This document shows, piece by piece, positions 48,656 through 62,734 of a DNA stretch of 64,000 nucleotides. The first letter of the stretch is position 1. Each line of letters starts with the position of its first letter. A model generated the notes under the pieces. It saw nothing but the letters and a program-made list of their open reading frames with translations. It did no database searches and was not told the origin of the DNA. The stretch spans positions 172,050,001-172,114,000 of the forward strand of contig OX597814.1 in the NCBI GenBank assembly GCA_951406725.2, given 5' to 3'. This DNA comes from Octopus vulgaris (taxonomy: Eukaryota). A program made the position numbers and the translations under genes.

Positions 48656-51600
48656 TATACATACATACATACACACACGCATATGTATATATATATATAT
48701 ATATTAAGGTATGTAGAAAAATACAACATGGACAAGAACGTATAACTCTTAGAAGACGACACAATAAACACGGACAGGACATTCGAAACCCTCAGTCTTC
48801 AGTCAAGAACCGGATCATCGTAGTAATTTCGGCTGATTAATCTTGAGATTACTAGATCACGGCCAGCCCTCCAAGAAAAACCAAGCAACGAGCATTAGAA
48901 AAACTAAGCTGGAAGCGTAGATTTCCTGGAAGAAGGATCGAATGCATACGAACACCAGGACAGCAAAAGGGACAGATATAAAAAAAAAAACAAAAAACAA
49001 TAATGGAATACAGAAACATGAAATACAGAAGCATTAACGGTGAAAACAACAGTGTCTTACGACTGATAACAAGCAAACAAATTTTTTCTCTGGCGCAATG
49101 GAAAAAGCCTTTATAGTGGCGGACGAAAACAGCGATGTTAACAAGACGAGGGTCAGAAACTGAAAGGCAGATTTCGGCCAACAGTCACGTGACAGAGAAG
49201 AGGGAAAAGAAAAGAAAGAGAAGCAAAGGAAGAGAGAGAGAGAGGAGAGAGAGAGAGGAGATATATATATATATATATATATATGTAGATAGATAAATAG
49301 ATAGATAGATAGATAGATGTGTGTATGTGTGTGAGTATGTATACGTGTTATGCGGACGTTAAAACCAATAAATATATTTCTGTTATCAGACAGGTGTTTT
49401 GTAGTTTTTGTTGTTGCTGTTGTTGTTGTTGTTGTTGTTGTTAAGCAACAAGTCGGGTAAGGGTGATTAGGTGATGGTCAAGGACTTAGAGGCGGGAGAC
49501 CCCAGACCTTGGAAAAAAAAAACTTTGGTCGTCTTGTTGACACCCGACACCACTGAGAGATGGCCCTCGAAGTCGTTGGAAATGGAGATCTCCAGGTCCA
49601 AATTCTTGAACGGCTGTTGTTGTAGTTGGTGGTGGTGTGTAGTGGTAGTAGTAGTAGTGGTGGTAATGTTGTTTTGCTAAACAACAGCATTTATTAAGTT
49701 CATTGAGTAAACGTTCCGACCCAAATAGTTTTATTTAACGTGTTCACTAATTCTAATTAGTAGAGATTAATTTCAATAAAACTTGACCGATAGTAAATTT
49801 GAGTTGGACCACTTTGCAGAGAGAGCCCTTTCTCTTTGCATTCATGTTTTTGTCTGTGTATATATGTAAGTTATATATAGTAGTAGTAGTAGTAGTAGTA
49901 GTAGTTGATGTTGTTTTTGTTGTTGGTGCTGTTGTTGTTAACACAGGCAAACAACATATAAGTGCTCCTCAATATGAGATTGTGGTGAAGTGTCTTAATG
50001 TTGGCTATCGTCTGATTAGAAAATGATAATAACATTATCTATAGACACGCACGTGCATACATACATACACACATAAAGACACACAGACATACAAATATGC
50101 AATGTGAGTTATATAGACACACACACTCACACAAACATACAGCCGTATACATACATATACGTACACGCTCATATACGTACACACAGAGACATACACAACC
50201 GTATATACTTATATACGTACACACTCGTATACATACACACACACACATACACATATACAACCATATATAAAAATATATGTAGACACTCATATACATACAC
50301 ACCCATAACATAAATCATATATACACATATATGTACACATACATAGATACATGCATATACTTACCTGCTTACATACACACACGGACACACATGCCATTAA
50401 TCTGTGCCCCAGACATATTCATAAATGGTCCTTTGCAATGCCTTTTCCCTCTTTATCCGAATTATCAAAATCTACCATTAAAAAAATCACCACTTTGCAT
50501 GTAGACAAAAGCCAAAAAGTAACAAAACAATTCGTGTAATGTGTGTGTGTGTATGTACGTACATATATGTGTGTGTGTTTATATAAGTATGACGTGCGTG
50601 TGTATTTCCACTTAGAAACACACACACATGTATGTATGTATGTATGTCTATGCATGTATATATATATGCGTGTGCGTGCGTGTGTATGTTTGTATATATA
50701 TATATATATGTGTGTGTGTGTATGGGTGTGGGTGTGTGTGAGTATATATACGTGTATATGCAGGTATAGATGTACATATATATGTATATACACATGTGTG
50801 TATATGTGTGTATATATATACACTAACACATATATTTATTTATTACATATGTAATATATATATACATACACACACATACACACACATATATATAAATATA
50901 CACACACATACACACACAAATACATATACAATGTACATAGACACATATAATCACGCACACATAATCTCTACATGAGAGATAATGTGTGAGTGTGTGTGTG
51001 TGTTTGTGTGTACATGTGTGTGTGAGTGTGTGTGTGTATATATTGTGTCCGTCGCGCTGCCAAATCTTGTAAACATGTAACATGTTCTGTCAGGAATAAA
51101 CAAACGAATAACAAAGCGAAAGAACGAAAAGTGCAGGTGGAGAAGGTGGAAGAGGTGATGGTGGGAAGGAATAGAGAAGAAAAAAAAACCCCAAAAAAAC
51201 CAAAAAAAAAAAAAACCAAACAAAAAAAATAAAGGAAGAGAGAGAGAGAGATTTCTTTAACCAAATCTCTTAACAATAATAACAACACCGGGCAAAACAG
51301 AGATGTGTTAGGCAACGAAGCAAGAGAGAGAGAACTTCAAAAAACCAAACGAAAAACGGCGCGAACAAGACGTGAAGCTGTTTAAAGGACTTCTAATGAA
51401 ACGCGCACATACACACAAACACGCATACACAAATTCACACATTCGCACTAATACGCACATATAAGCTGATGTACATATACGTATACATACATACATACAT
51501 ACATGCATACATACATACATACATACATACATACATACATACGTACATACATACATACGTACATACATACATATATTCATACATACATACATACATACAT

Positions 51601-51879
51601 ACATGCATATATACATACACACACACACACATACATACATACATACATACATACATACATACATACATACATACATACATACATACATACATACATACAT
51701 ACATACATACATACATGCATGCATACATACATACATAAATACATACATACATACGTACATACATACATACATACATACATACATACATACATACATAAAT
51801 ACATACATACATACGTGCATACATACATACATACATACATACATACATACATACATACATACATACATACATACATACA

Positions 51880-51913
<34 letters not shown>

Positions 51914-52035
51914 CACATATATGAAATGATAGGAAATGCACACGTATACGTACGATCACACGCTCGGGCAGGCACAAGTACTCACACGTACAGAAACGAA
52001 AATATAACCACCCGAATACACACGGGCGCGTGGGG

Positions 52036-52089
<54 letters not shown>

Positions 52090-52431
52090 ACACACACACA
52101 TGCGTTTGTGTGGAAGTATTTGTATATATGTGTGTATGAGAGTGTACATGTAGGTGTGTATGCATACATATAAATATATAAAGATATACATTTATATATG
52201 ATTGTGTATGTGTATATACATGTGTGTATGTGTGTGTGTGTGTGTGTGTGGTGTGTGTGTGTGTGTGTGTGTGTGTCTATAGACACTTTAAGTTTATAAG
52301 TTTGCCACCTTACTTAACTGACTTCAAACCTTGGATTCAGTGAACATGACAATTTGTTGATTTTTAATCCGGTTGAAGGATGTCGTGTGGACATGTCGTT
52401 GGCTTATCTCTTAATCTCTTTTTACGTCTGA

Positions 52432-52488
<57 letters not shown>

Positions 52489-52858
52489 CATTATTATTAT
52501 TATTTCTTTTTCATTTTTCATTTATTTATTTTACGTTTTTTTTTATTATTTACTGTTTTTCTTTATCGTTTTTATTTCTTTTTCGTCTTTGGTGTTGTAT
52601 AATACGAGCAATGGGCTTGCAAATCTCTCTCAACGCACTACAACCTCTTCCAACACGCAGACCACAACCACCACCACAACCACCACAACCACCACCACCA
52701 CCACCACCACCACTACCACCACCATCAGTATCATAATCCCCGCCGCCAAACAATCTGGATCTTACCTTTATTCAACCGACCAAACGTTGGACTTCGTAAC
52801 CTTTCGATTCGTCGCGAAGCTTGCTTGCCATTATATGGACTCCATCGCCACTAGAACC

Positions 52859-52907
<49 letters not shown>

Positions 52908-53104
52908 GTATTAACCATAACAGCCGAGGGTCCTTCTACGTGGTTTCTTGATTTGGAAGAAATCCATAACTCCTTTCACAGTGGACAATATCGTCCAGAT
53001 TTTCTTGCTCACAGAAGAAATGGCCGAATGGTCATAGTCGGAATATCTATGATTATATCCGTCTCAACTGGTATCGCCACCAATAATACCACCATCGGCA
53101 GATC

Positions 53105-53490
53105 TTACTCTCTTTACTCTTTACTCTTTTACTTGTTTCAGTCATTTGACTGCAGCCATGCTGGAGCACCGCCTTTATAGCCGAGCAAATCGACCCCAGG
53201 ATTTAGTAGTTATTCTATCGATCTCTTTTGCCGAACCGCTAGGTTACGGGGACGCAAACACACCAGCATCGGTTGTCAAGCGATGTTGGGGGGGGGGACA
53301 AACACAGACACACAAACACACATATACATAGATATACATATATACGACAGGTTTCTTCCAGTTTCCGACTACCAAATCCATTCACGAAGCTTTGGTCGTC
53401 TCGAGGCTATAGTAGAAGACGCTTGCCCGAGGTGCCACGCAGTGGGACTGAACTCGGAACCATGTAGTTGGTAAGCAAGGTACTTACCGC
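53105..53490 (-). mobile_element. SINE family B
   Basis: Matches the 17605 copy and has an (AAAGAGTA)n tail. Confidence 0.88.
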
Positions 53491-53594
53491 TACTATTTTT
53501 TAAAAAGGGCACATGTTTATACAACCTCTAATATAAAGAATAGTACGGGATGGTCATGCCCAGAAATACTTTGATTAAATATCTCTGTTCAAAT

Positions 53595-54265
53595 AATATC
53601 CTTTCTACTAAAGATACAAGGCCTGAAATATTTCTGGAAGGATGAAAGGCAAAGTCGACATTGGCGGAATTTGAACTCAGAACGTAGCGGCAGACGAATT
53701 ACCTATTTCTTTACTACCCACAAGGGCTAAACACAGAGAGGACAGATAAACGGATTAAGTCGATTATATCGACCCTAGTACATGAAAGGCAAAGTCGACC
53801 TCGGCGGAATTTGAACTCAGAACGTAACGGCAGACGAAATACCGCTAAGCATTTCGCCCGATATGCTAACGATTCTACCTGCTCGCCGCCTCTCTCATCA
53901 AATAATATCATTCCCACACGTAAGGTGACGAGCTGACAGAATCGTTAGCGGTATTTCGTCCATCTTAATGTTCTGAGTTCAAATTCCACTGATGTAGACT
54001 CTATCTTTCATCTTTTCAGGGTCGATAAAATAAGTACCAGTTGAGCACTGCGGTCAATGTATTCCACTACCTGCTCCACCGAAATTGCTGGCCTTGTGCC
54101 AAAACTTGAAACCATTATCATTGCGTAACTGGTACTTAATTTATCGACCCCGAAAGGATCAAAGGCAAAGTCGACCTCGGCGGAGTTTGAACTCAGAACG
54201 TAACGTTAGAGAAAATACCACTAAGCATTTCGCCCGGCGTGCTAACGATTCTGCCAGCTCGCCGT
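53595..54265. mobile_element. Cluster of four family A SINE pieces, one nested
   Basis: Family A motifs on both strands. Junction gacgaattacc|tatttc at about 53703. Confidence 0.8.
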
Positions 54266-54389
54266 CTAACCAATTCCTCAATACGTTCGAGCCGGTCATT
54301 TAGCTTTCCGACTCACAATAGACCGTCGCTGTCATCGTCAATGTTGCTGCTGTTATCGGTTTTGGTGGTGCTGGTGTCTTCTTCCAATC

Positions 54390-54604
54390 AGGACTCACGC
54401 CATTAGACACAAAGAATAATCTCTAATTCAAGCCTACTCTAAGCTACTAAGAATGCGTGTGGCAACTTGAAGATCCACCCACCACTGGTGGTTGTCTCGT
54501 GGAGCTTAGGTATTTTTACTCAATAATACCCGGTCTGGGAATCGAAACCGCGTTATTACGACCGCGAGTCCGCTGCTCTAACCACTGGGCCATTGCGCCT
54601 CCAC
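54390..54604 (-). mobile_element. Diverged family C SINE
   Basis: cccggtctgggaatcgaaaccgcg..gagtccgctgctctaaccactgggccattgcgcctccac. Confidence 0.75.
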
Positions 54605-54880
54605 TCTGTTGGTGTTGGGGCTTGTGTTTAGTTCTGATATCTTAAAGTCGTTTCTTCCTTATCTATATTTTGTTTTGTTTTCATTTTTCTATATTGGTTT
54701 TTTTTTTCAGAGAAATTAAAGTGTAACCAACTAAATTAAACAAAACACAAAGTTGAATGTGTATCCAACTTTAACCGGCTTTTTAAAAAATTTTTCGCCC
54801 TCCTCACACACACACTATCGCCAACACTATCATCACCATCGTCATCAACATGAACATCTTTATAGTCGTCGTCGTCGCCG

Positions 54881-54912
<32 letters not shown>

Positions 54913-55254
54913 GTATTTACCTTAACTACCGCTATTATCCCGAGATCCTTTCCGACACGTCCCAACCATATTCTACCTTTTTATCTTGAAAAGAGACTCT
55001 TGCTGGCTAAGGTTTAGAAATAAAAATAACGTGAAAAACAACAACAACAACAATAACAACAACGACAACGACAACAACAACAACAACAGCAACAAATCAT
55101 AACAAACATAACAGCGACAACAACGTTGTTCGACTTAAATGTCGGCATATATTCAGTTATGTGAAGTGGCTTGTCTACCCTCAGCAAGTTACAAATCCAT
55201 TCATAATCGTTTGTCTTTTGTGTGTGTGTGTGCGTGTTCGTGTGTGTATGTGTG

Positions 55255-55314
<60 letters not shown>

Positions 55315-55412
55315 TGCGTGTATTGGTATACCTACGTGCTTGGGAGCGCATTAATATATAAACACATACGTATATCTATCTGTATGTATGTCTGTGCGCG
55401 TGTTTGTATATG

Positions 55413-55450
<38 letters not shown>

Positions 55451-56293
55451 GGAGAGAGTAAAACAGAGAGCGTACATTCAAACACGCAAACATTTTACGC
55501 CAATCAATTTCATTAAATTTTTAACCAGCCTTATTCTATGAGAAATAGCCTAAGATGTTATGCAATGGGACCGAACCTATGAACACTTGGTTGTTAAACG
55601 AAAATTTACGAATCTCAGCCTTGCCAATATGATATGTGTTGTTGTCAGTGTTGTTCGTACCACTGAAAAAAGTAGCCACGATGATGTACAGCTAGTGAAA
55701 TATTGATTAAAAAAGCTCAACTGTAAGGTAAGACTTTTGTTTTTTTAGGTTCAGTGGGGGTTGTTGTTTACTGTAATTATTTTTGTACAAACAAGAAGTC
55801 CTCACTGGATTCTGAACTCTGGTCTGCCTGCAGTTGGGCAAAATGGGTTCACGTTAAGTGAATAGTTTTTCTCACTTAATTGTGAGAATTGTTTTGGGGG
55901 CATATCTTGACTCCAAAAATTTGTTCACTTTAAGTGAATAGTTTTTCTTTTTCAAATAATTCTGAGAATTCTCCGAAGATAGAACAACCTCTTTACCAAT
56001 TTTTGGGAAAGCTGTGTTCCAGTTGTGGCGTTCCAGGTTCGAATTGGATAACCAAATAGGCCTGGATTATCTAGTGGCCAGACGAATTTTTGCATGTTGT
56101 GTTTTTTGAACTATAGACTGTTTTCTTTCTTTCTATCTGTTTTTTGTGATTTTCTTTTTTCTTGAGCTGTTTTCTTTTTTCTTCCTTCTTTTTTGTTGTG
56201 ATTTTATTTTGATTTCTTTCTTTTTCTTCCTTCTTTTTGTTTTTTAATTTTTATCTTGAAGTGTTTTTGAACTTTTTTATTACAAAAAAAAAC

Positions 56294-56920
56294 ATGGCAA
56301 AGAAAAAGGACAATATTTTGGAGTGGGAAATTGTCCCACCCAAAACAGTGGATGAAAGACTTTGAAGAGAGGACGGTGGTGTTGAGGACTTATTCCAAGT
56401 CTCTCTACACCATCGCCCTATTTCAAAAGACTGTTATTGAAAGGGAGTTAGAAGAGTATCTGCAAACTATTAAATTTATCTCATGGGGGTCAACGGTGTG
56501 GTTGCTATTTGACACCCCTGAGGAGGCTCGCAAATTTGCGAGCCAGCCCTTTGAGAGCAAAGAGATTTTGTTTCTTCCCACGTATTGTGGGAAGAAGTTG
56601 ACAAGTAATTGGGTCTATGGGTTGCCACCCAGGATAGAACCCGAGTGGATAGAGGAGACTATCCGCCAGGGTCTGGGTGGCAGTGGAGCCAAGCTTCTCA
56701 ATGTGAACATTTTACCTGCGGCTGATTGGGTTGGGTCAAAAGCTGTTTTGACCCTGTGGACCCAATCAGCCAAGAACCTGGTTTTTCCAGAATTTTTTGA
56801 AATGGCTGGGTGCAGGTGTACGATGATTCTTGAGGGTCGCCCTCCAAGTGTTATCAATGCCTGGAGCCTGGCCATATAAAGAAAAACTGCCCCCAGGAAC
56901 ACAGTAAGGTCCTGGTGCAG
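56294..56920 (+). pseudogene. L1/Tx1-clade LINE ORF1 (gag-like) remnant with CCHC zinc knuckle
   Basis: ATG at 56294 (MAKKKDNILEWEIVPP), frameshift into ORF 56331..56879 (..WVYGLPPRIEPEW..ILEGRPP), then a second frameshift into KCYQCLEPGHIKKNCP. A T-rich putative 5' UTR lies upstream. Confidence 0.8.
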
Positions 56921-56925
56921 TCTAG

Positions 56926-57490
56926 AAAATCCACTCACAAGGCTTTGGTCGGCTCGAAGCTATAGTTGAAGACACTTGCTCAAGGTACCACGCAGTGGGA
57001 CTGAACCCAGAACCATGTAGTTGATAAGCAAGCTACTTACCACCACCAAAAAAACAAAAAAACTTATCTGATCTCGTCCCATTTCTTCATTGCCCACAAG
57101 TGGCTAAACATAGAGGGAGCAAACGAGGACAGACAAAGGGATTAAGTCGATTACATCGACCCCAGTGCGTAACTGGTACTTAATTGACCCCGAAAGGATG
57201 AAAGGCAAAGTCGACCTCAGCACAATTTGAACTCAGAACGTAACGGTAGACGAAATACCTATTTCTATAACTACCTACGAGGGGCTAAACACAGAGTGGA
57301 CAAACAAGGATAGACAAAGGGATTAAGTCGATTACATCGACCCCAGTGCGTAACCGGTACTTATTTAATCGACCCCGAAAAGATGAAAGGCAAAGTCGAC
57401 CTCGGCGGAATTTGAACTCACAACGTAACGACAGGCGAAATACCGCTAAGCATTTCATCCGGCGTGCTAACGTTTCTGCCAGCTCGCCGC
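56926..57490 (-). mobile_element. Family B head fragment plus two nested Tx1-tailed family A SINEs
   Basis: 56926-57042 is family B. About 57081-57259 and 57260-57490 are family A. Confidence 0.85.
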
Positions 57491-58254
57491 TCATTTCTGT
57501 TAAACGCCAAGCACTTATCATTTAGTACTTTATTCTATCCCATTTTGTTTCCGTTCGTTTCTGAACCTCGTTTTACAGGTTTATTTGATTTGAGTGACAT
57601 CGAAATCACCTCCTATGTGTTATCTTTCTGAACGTGTTACCGAGATGAGTTGGAGAGATCCGTGTAAGAGCGCAGGCGGTTGACATATAGCAAATTCTAC
57701 CACTATAAACAAAACTAACTCCGGAGGTGGTGGAAAATCTCACATTCACTAAAACCACAGGTAGTCTTTGTCGCACATAATACCACACCTGTCACATCAT
57801 CACATTACAGTAACCACTATTTTTTTAATTTATTACACACGTATAAATAATATTAGTCAGCTATTGACTATAATATTGTTTTACGTTCACAACATAATTA
57901 TTTCTAGATAGCTTTTTACTGCTTCGTATTTTAAGTATATCAACATTAACCTAACTATAGTTTTTCTTGTGGAGAGTATGTCTGAAGTACATGTTTTTTA
58001 AAGAGCGCCGATCCTCATTGGTAACCAATGAAGTGTTTTGTACATTTATTTAATGTTTCTCTCATCGCTATTTCGGAAAATACAGTGATGTTTGTACTTC
58101 GTTGATGATCTCTGCTTGAGGAAAAAACAAGTCGTTAGTCGTCTCTTGTAGTTGTCGTAAAAGAGAATACAATATCAGTTATTCTCAATTATTGCCTGGG
58201 TTGTTTTTGTTTTTGTGTTCTATAATGGATAATTATTGCTTGTCTGCTTTTTAA

Positions 58255-58590
58255 TATTGGTTTCAAATTTTGGTACAAGGCCAGCAATTTCGAGAAACAG
58301 GGCAAGTCGATTACGTCGACTCCAGTGTTCAACCGGTACTTATTTTATCGACCTTAAAAGGATGAAATGCAGAGTGGACCTCAGCTCGATTTGAACTGAG
58401 AACGTAAAGGCGGACAAAATGCCGCTAAGCATTTTTCCCGGCGGGCTAACGATTCTGTCAGCTCTCTGCCTTGTTACTTATGGATAGATAGGAGCACTCC
58501 GTCGGTTACGACGACGAGAGTCCCAGCTGATACGATCAACAGAACAGCTTGCTCGTGAAATTAACGTGCAAGTGACTGAGCACTCATTAC
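58255..58590 (-). mobile_element. Family A SINE (58255-58470) and a family C type-1 tail fragment (58490-58590)
   Basis: Similarity to the other copies. Confidence 0.75.
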
Positions 58591-58813
58591 ACGATATTGT
58601 TTCATGCGAGTGTGAGTGAGCATATGCATATAGGCACATGAACATGCGCGCATACGCGATTGCTATGAGCATTTTTACTCCTTTACTTTTTACTTCCTCC
58701 CCTTCGGTTTTCCCCTTATTTAACGGTCAATCTAATAGCTCTTTTGTCTTAATAACGGTCAATTACATAGTAATTTCCCTTGGTTTAACGATCATTTTCA
58801 TAGCATATTTTGA

Positions 58814-58888
58814 TTGCCTCGGTAACTGATGAGATGCCGGAACAGGTTTCCGGCCCGGCATCCGAAACTCGGAGTTTTATTATGGCAA
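58814..58888 (+). ncRNA. Type I hammerhead ribozyme motif with extended stem I
   Basis: ttgcc-tc-ggtaa-CTGATGA-GATGCCGG-..-CCGGCATC-C-GAAA-CTC-g-GAG-TT-ttatt-at-ggcaa. Confidence 0.75.
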
Positions 58889-59080
58889 CCGAATAATTGT
58901 CACGTATTATATTACAGATAAATTCCTCTATTTGCATAATAGCGAGGTCTCTTTCATTCTTTTATCTTGGCATCCGAAACTCGGAGTTTTATTATGGCAA
59001 CCGAATAATTGTCACGTATTATATTACAGATAAATTCCTCTATTTGCATAATAGCGAGGTCTCTTTCATTCTTTTATCTT
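58857..59080 (+). repeat. Perfect 112-bp tandem duplication starting inside the hammerhead
   Basis: 58857-58968 equals 58969-59080. Confidence 0.92.
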
Positions 59081-59119
59081 ACCATTACTATGAATACACA
59101 TACACACACACACACACAC

Positions 59120-59155
<36 letters not shown>

Positions 59156-59653
59156 AAATACTAATGATGTGAGGAAAACGCCTCGGGATCTCTATACCTA
59201 TAAGATACAAACACACAAATGGACAAGCATGCACACACCAACATAGATACACGTACACCAGCACACAGACATACAAACACACATTCATACACGCACACCA
59301 GCACACAGACATACAAACACACATTCATACACGCACACACACAGACACAAACACGCGCACAAAGCAAGGCTATAAAATACACGCATCATTACCTCCATTG
59401 GGCTCGCCTTAATGATGATGACCTCTGCTGAATACAAATGACTATTGTGTGCAATGCTGCTAAATTCACACGCATACATCACACACACACATACACACGC
59501 GCGCGCACTCACACACACGAATCCGCGAACCTCCACACACACACACACACACTCGCATATACACGCCCGCACCCACGCATGTTAACGGACAGCCGCAGAC
59601 GCTCCGACGCGGGACACCCCAATATACACACACAGAGATATATTATTATTCTC

Positions 59654-59716
<63 letters not shown>

Positions 59717-59979
59717 ATCCATGTCTCTCCATCTGCCTGTCTGTTTCTCTCAGTTTCTGTGGACCAGTGTGGTCTTGGACTCATGATTGCAAGATGACGG
59801 GGTTCGATTCCTGGGCTGGGCAGCGCGTGTTGTCCTTCAGCAAGGTACTTCATTTCACGTCGTTCTTGACTACTCACTTGAAAATAAATACCTGTTGACT
59901 GTCCCCCCGCCCAACTGTCATATCCTCACTGTTTCACTGAATCAAAGACAAAAGAATCAAGGTAATGAGTATATCTATT

Positions 59980-61204
59980 GGATCTTTTCTATTCTGAAGC
60001 CAGTTTTTTCAAATTTTTCCTACTGAACCAAACAATTTGAAACTTCGTATACTGGTAGAATGTGTCAAAAGTAAACTTAATTGTAAACCAGAATGAAAAC
60101 GGAATTGTAACTTCTAAGTTTAACGTTGTTTAATAATTAGAATTTTAACCAATGATATTCCGTCATTCGGCTTTATTTTATTTACTCCGTCTCGACCACC
60201 AATTTCGTGACGTATTAAACATCTTAAATGTAAACAAGCGCATCCTTCTAATTATTTATTGATGTACATGTGTGTGTGTGTGTGTTTGATGGGGTGTGGG
60301 AGACAGTATGTTGTGTAAGTGAAGTGCTTCTGTTAGTGTGTGTGAAGAGACAGAGAGAATAATGTGTGAAAGAGAGAGATAACTGAAATTTTTACTCGGT
60401 GTATGTGTATATGTATGTCTGCATGTATGTGTGTGTGTGTATGTATCTATGTATGTATGGCCGATTCATCGTAATTACGATGAATCGGCCATACATACAT
60501 AGATACATACACACACACACATACATGCAGACATACATATACACATACACCGAGTAAAAAATTTCAGTTATCTCTCTCTTTCACACATTATTCTCTCTGT
60601 CTCTTCACACACACTAACAGAAGCACTTCACTTACACAACATACTGTCTCCCACACCCCATCAAACACACACACACACACACATGTACATCAATGCTTCC
60701 CCTAGACGGTAACTTCAAAGACAAACTTCCCTCGTCATAAAATCGCTTCCTCTTAGTCTCTTTCGCTCTCATTACTTATGTAAAAAAATAAAAGTTTTTT
60801 TACGGAAATCGACGGAAAACTTGTGCTACGACAAGCGAAACTTCGCCGAAATGTAATATTAAAAAAGCAAAGAGCTGGCAGAAACGTTAGCACGCCGGGC
60901 GAAATGCGTAGCCGTATTTCGTCTGCCGTGTTTGTTTACAGTTTTCCGAACGTTAGTACGTCACAAAAGCGCTTTCTACGTCACACTAATAGAATGCAGT
61001 CAAGTTTTACACATGAAAACAAACAATCTGATTGGTTAAAATTCGCAGTTTTAATCTACGATTAAAGTCATAAAATAGATTTTTCTCAAATAAACTAGTT
61101 CCAACCTGTGTCTTGTTTTGCTAGACTCTATCAGCATACGAAGTTTCAGATTATTTAGTTAAGTAGAAAGATCTGTGGTCCTGGCTTCAGAATAGAAAAG
61201 ATCC
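59980..61204. mobile_element. 1225-bp non-autonomous DNA transposon with 8-bp TSD (Merlin- or MuDR-like)
   Basis: 24-bp perfect TIR ggatcttttctattctgaagccag, extending imperfectly to about 90 bp. TSD tatctatt at 59972-59979 and 61205-61212. Confidence 0.92.
60258..60694. repeat. Spacerless palindrome with arms of about 218 bp
   Basis: Centre ..gattcatcgtaa|ttacgatgaatc.. at 60474/60475. The arms differ only in run lengths. Confidence 0.95.
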
Positions 61205-62691
61205 TATCTATTCTACAAAGGGATCTAAAATATCTGTTGCAATCATGGTACAAGCTACCAAGTCAAAGCGCATCAAAGCAAATCAAAGTGCGCGTTTTTA
61301 TGTCTATTGGTTACGTCCACCATGGGAAGCGTCGTGAAAAATGACCGTTTGTGGTTTCCTACAAATGCAGAAAAACAACAACTCATACTACTCACTCTAA
61401 GTTCTTTTTAAAGAGTTACAGTGAAGCTTGAAAGAAATCTCCATGCTATTTTTAGTAGATCAAGCGACCACGTAGAGAATACGTCGCAATAGCTGTATGA
61501 TATGTATAATTCTTCTTATTGGTCCTTTGTGCATTATCTTTGCAAAAAATGTGATTCTCAGTGTTTAAATACTGTTTAACCAAAGGCTAACCTTGATTGA
61601 GCAAAGCTTTAATCAAAGGCGTTCTGGCTGTGACCATCTTATCAGTTCACAGTGCATTTGCAGATTTATATGTTTTATTTTATATATGTATTCTCGTGAA
61701 CATAATTCCATGTCTACACATGTACATATATACTTAAATCATAACACTCTGGAAAGCTTTATAGATTTTTACCTTTCCATTGATGGCTTGGATCTGTAGT
61801 CTTCAAATCAGCTCTATCTTTTTTGGTTTTGAGAAGCCTAATTTCTCAAGAGTGGTAATTTAAGGCAGTGTGTTACATATCATAGTGCTCCAATAATTAC
61901 AAGTATAAACCAGGACTTATAATCTGATTAGAGTATCTGTAGATTTCTCAATAGTTCAGCGTAGGTATTATCCTTTTCGCTGATCTTTGATTTTATGTTA
62001 ATATCCGTTGGGCAGCTGATTTCCACAACTGCACACAGTTTCTCTTATCTATCCAAAATCTCTATGCCAAGTCTATGTACGTATGTATGTATGTATGTAT
62101 GTATGTATGTATGTATGTATGTATGTATGTATGTATGTATGTATGTATGTATGCATTTTTACATAATGAATTTTGTTGTGTTCACAGTTTAATAAAACAA
62201 TCATACCCAACATTAATACCTCCAAGTTTTCTCTGGTTCTCTTCCGCCACTATTTTGTGTCTCGTATCTTTGGTTTTGATTTTCTTTGCTCACCGATTTT
62301 TATTTTCTATATTTTCCTCTCTTTCCATTTTCTTTCTTTTCTTTACTGTCGTAATGACTTTCTTTATATTTCTTGCTTTCATTCTAATATTTGTGTTCAA
62401 AAATTCTTTTCCTAAAATTCTTTTAAACTATTTTTCTTTTAAATCTCATACCGTATTGTGTCTACCCTCCTCTCATTGATCTTTCCATAAATCCCGCCAC
62501 AAAAAACATACATACATACATACATACATACATACATACATACATACATACATACATACATACATGCATGCATACATACATACGTACATATATACATACA
62601 TATACACACACACATACATACATACATACATACATACAAATATACATACATACATACATATACAAGAACACAAACTTAAATAAAACCAGGC

Positions 62692-62734
<43 letters not shown>

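Noticed and set aside
48780-48850. GAAA..CTGAAGA order on the minus strand suggesting a permuted hammerhead in a (TA)n-flanked element (48705-49200)
   Set aside because: Stems I and III do not pair convincingly. A family consensus would be needed.
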